A stretch of 63,924 bases of DNA, the filler included, from Pirum gemmata (lineage: Eukaryota): the NCBI GenBank assembly GCA_002812295.1. It is 23 parts of 23 records of this genome, joined end to end, with 100 filler letters (N's around TTAATTAATTAA, not from the genome) between each part and the next. Parts side by side here need not be neighbours in the genome. Positions count along the whole stretch, not along the records: positions 61,658 to 63,924 come from PDIN01005607.1; 22 more parts are not named here. One strand, written 5' to 3'. A model generated the notes under the pieces. It made no database searches. It had not been told where the DNA came from and saw only the letters and a list, made by a program, of their open reading frames with translations. The position numbers and the translations under genes are program-made. Shown piece by piece: positions 62,229 to 63,924 of the stretch. Position 1 is the stretch's first letter, and each line of letters opens with the position of its first letter.

Positions 62229-63924
62229 TCATCGTGATCCAAGTTTGCTTCGTTTTCTTTGCGCTACAATGTCTTTTTCCAGTCCCTTTCTATTTTTTTT
62301 TGTTTTTGCTATACTATGAGCGTGATCACTTTGATCATCCTCCTCACTGCTATTATTATTACCAAGTAGTTGATTTACAGTATACATGTTTTTAAAAGCC
62401 ATGGCAATATATTCCAGAACTAACCGAGAACTTGTGGTCAAGCAACACGAAGGACTTAGGTACCGTATTGACCGGGATAGAATATCCTCACCTCCCATTG
62501 TTTTATTATAAGCAACGACACATGATGGCTTCAATTTGAAAACATTTGACATGAAAACGGGATGTTCACTACACTCTTTGGCCAAGGTATAGCACAAATT
62601 CATACTATCTATATCTCTGAAATGTCTTGATCTTCTATGGTTAGCATTACTAAGTTTTTTCATTAAATCAGTAACATGCTGTGGTAAAAACTCTTCTTCC
62701 AAACACCATCCCATTACAGCATCTATTTCACTTTGCAAAATATCAACATATTCATTAAGAAAATTGTCGTCGCATGTGAGACGAATAACCCTTAATATTT
62801 TCCCACCAGGAGCACCATAAACAAGATAACCCACTTTGCAAACAAAAACCACCATATGTTGAAATAATTGAAGTCGATGTTTTTCATCAGGTATTAACTT
62901 TTTTAACTTTGCACCGACATCATTATCATTCATATCAATAGATGCAAATTTGCCATATTCTAGTGCTATCATTCTCTCTGAATCTTTCAAATCATCAGTA
63001 TTTCTGGTTTTCAATTCAAGCGCAAACCGTGATTTATTATATGAACCATCACCAACACCAATACGTTCTACTCCTATTGAATCTGGCGATGAAGCTATTA
63101 GTTTATTATCTTGTTTAGCACAGATGCCAACCTCCTTTAATGTCGTTACTTCTAATTCTTTATAACTATCACTATCATTTATTTCCTTAATAAAATTTTC
63201 ACACAGAAGTATTTCATTATTATGTCCTATTTCAAAGACGCTGCCTTCTTTTTTAGTTAAAGCAGGCATGTGCCATCTCTTCAACATTTTACTTAATACA
63301 TTCTCATCTTGCGTTAATTCGATATTTCCGTTCCAATTAGAATAGGAAATAGTCATAAGGTAGTTTTGTATTTTGGTATTATCATCCNTTATACCCGGTG
63401 GCAAGAGCTGCTTCTAACTGTTTTTTTTTAGAAGCTCGATGAAGATGCCGTGTCCATAAAGGCCAATTTAAAGCCTTTTCTAGTTTTTCAAGCAAAATTT
63501 TAGGATTCTTTGATGTGAGCTGACTTCGAGTATATAGATTTTTATCGAGCATGTATGTTCTCAAAAATTCACAACTTGTTTCCTTCTCTTCTGCTGTGTT
63601 ATAAACAAAATTTTCTGGTATACCTGCATTGCTTTTTATATCATCCAACACATCGTCGTTCTCATATTCATTATTAACTAGATTATGACAATGACTTAAT
63701 TCTCGCTGACCATGAAGTATTCTTTGTAAGAAAGCTAACGTATCACCATCAAGTTCCGGCCGTTTACATATTTCTTTCCATAGCACAGAAGCTCCAGTTG
63801 AAGTGCATCTATATAAACGTAATAAAAACCAAAGTGGTACACACTGAGAAGTAGAGAGCACTTCAATCTTATCTTTTAGATGTAGTAACATAAGGTCGTC
63901 ATCATGGTGATCATCTAATACTCC
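62229..63924 (-). mobile_element. piggyBac-like transposase carrying a YqaJ/lambda-exonuclease domain (5' part outside window)
   Basis: One frame, open from the window edge, once the single N at 63388 is removed. YqaJ motifs STSQCVPLWFLLRLYRCTST, GHNNE, IASSPDSI, ALELKT and HRLQLFQHM are followed by the piggyBac motif KPSCVVAYNKTMGGEDILSR...MAFKNMYTV. Confidence 0.78.

Noticed and set aside
63382..63404. Programmed frameshift between the two terminal ORFs
   Set aside because: The shift coincides with a single N, and deleting it restores one frame.

Overview
This is not one locus. It is a concatenation of 23 short scaffolds (mostly ~2.5-2.6 kb, a few 3-4 kb) from a very AT-rich, microsatellite-rich, intron-containing eukaryote, joined by 22 artificial 100-bp spacers (N44-TTAATTAATTAA-N44). 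Neighbourhood across spacers therefore means nothing. TTAGGG repeats, animal-like intron positions and poly-N/Q proteins suggest an opisthokont, possibly a unicellular holozoan (inference only). Recognisable gene fragments: MBF1/EDF1 exon 1, a VPS13D-like exon, a dynamin exon, p24/TMED exon 1, two P4-ATPase (ATP8B-like) exons, a bacterial-type clan GH-A glycoside hydrolase with spliceosomal introns, an intronless DxD glycosyltransferase-like gene, a PAN/Apple-repeat type-I membrane protein, two related class-C-like 7TM proteins (one intronless, one rebuilt here from three exons that the ORF track does not join) and several unknown secreted proteins. Mobile DNA: at least seven MITE families (two with verifiable TSDs), a decayed Ty1/copia element, a LINE ORF2 fragment, two tRNA-like elements attached to retroelements, and many interstitial TTAGGG tracts in CTAG-rich DNA. 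The strongest candidate for an unusual system is at the right end: an open ORF of at least ~565 aa in which a YqaJ/lambda-exonuclease domain sits directly upstream of the piggyBac third-Asp motif (YNKTMGGED), i.e. apparently inside a piggyBac-type transposase.
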